The notes under the pieces: model-generated
What the model saw: only the letters and a program-made list of their open reading frames with translations
Database searches by the model: none
Told to the model about the DNA's origin: nothing
Translations under genes and position numbers: made by a program
Shown: positions 63,335-63,988 of the stretch, one piece after another
Numbering within the stretch: position 1 is the stretch's first letter
How the letters are laid out: each line of letters opens with the position of its first letter
Source: Octopus bimaculoides
Taxonomy: Eukaryota
Length of the DNA: 63,988 bases
NCBI RefSeq assembly: GCF_001194135.2
Contig: NC_068998.1
Span: 7,100,523 to 7,164,510 of the forward strand
Direction of reading: 5' to 3'

Positions 63335-63555
63335 AGTCAGCAAGCTGGCGGAATCGTTAACACGTCGGACAAAGTGTTTGGTGACATTTCTTCCCGCTCG
63401 TTACGTTCAGAGTTCAAATTCCGCCAAGGTTGACTTTGAATTTCATCCTTTCGAGGTCGATGAAACAAGTCCCAGTTAAACACTGGGGTTAATGTAATCA
63501 CCTAGCCCCTTCCCTACACAGTTTCAGGCCTTCTGCATAGAGTTGAAAGGGTTAC
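63335..63555 (+). mobile_element. SINE family B
   Basis: aagctggcggaatcgttaacacg...gagttcaaattccgccaaggttgactttgaatttcatcctttcgaggtcgatg. Confidence 0.85.
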
Positions 63556-63988
63556 TTCCAATGGATTAAATCTAAAAAGAAATGAAAACTGAGCGAGCTT
63601 TCAGCATTTGAAGAGTGAATAACATTTTTGGAGACACCTTGTAAATACATGTTTGCATTTATGAACCATGTGTATATCAGCAATCTGTCTATAAATTTCT
63701 GTTCGACACAGAAATATAGCATGCTCGTGTCGTAATCTATGTAAGGAAACCATAAAAGAAAAAAATTTGGAGAAGCGTATTTTTCTTTTCTTTTTATTAA
63801 GTTAATTTTAGTTTTCTTTTGTTGGAAAGCATTAAATGGATTCCGTTTCTATATCCTTTTCAAATGAAGATGAGAATTCGCGGTTTAATGAAAGATTATA
63901 CATAAAAATATCAAATAGCCAAGAATAACCGGATTATGTGTAACAGCGAGTTGACTATAAAGATGTTAAAAACCATAGCGAACTATAT

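Noticed and set aside
5463-63555. A-box/B-box tRNA-like sequences as tRNA genes
   Set aside because: All are SINE heads followed by repeat bodies; none forms a full cloverleaf

Overview
AT-rich eukaryotic genomic DNA full of microsatellites, with many N gaps, mostly next to (TA)n/(CA)n runs. The repeat content points to a coleoid cephalopod, most likely Octopus (inference; no database check). Almost all ORFs in the supplied track are artefacts of microsatellites or gaps. The window is dominated by at least five recurring SINE-like families (labelled A-E here), decayed LINE remnants (Penelope-like RT with YKDD, RTE, R4-like RLE, CR1/L2, L1/Tx1), a Tc1/mariner transposase remnant and several fold-back or hairpin elements. 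The only host-gene signal is a tentative chain of small + strand exons at about 56-60 kb that splice in frame (EEKIKLNETYGNISAKIWKERELKEFCEDDEHWSFPVTKL); I cannot name the gene. The most interesting signal is a set of small non-coding elements carrying minimal type-I hammerhead ribozyme folds with short palindromic stem III. There are at least three clear families and two more degenerate ones inside inverted-repeat elements. One family has a tRNA-derived Pol III head, and a Penelope-like RT remnant lies in the same window. Other oddities are a tRNA-Glu 3' half captured inside a SINE, a SINE with an inverted 3' half, a 404-bp near-perfect palindrome, a pre-miRNA-sized hairpin and an in-register 24-bp minisatellite. 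Family names and alignments are by eye and from recalled motif consensus; all need computational confirmation.
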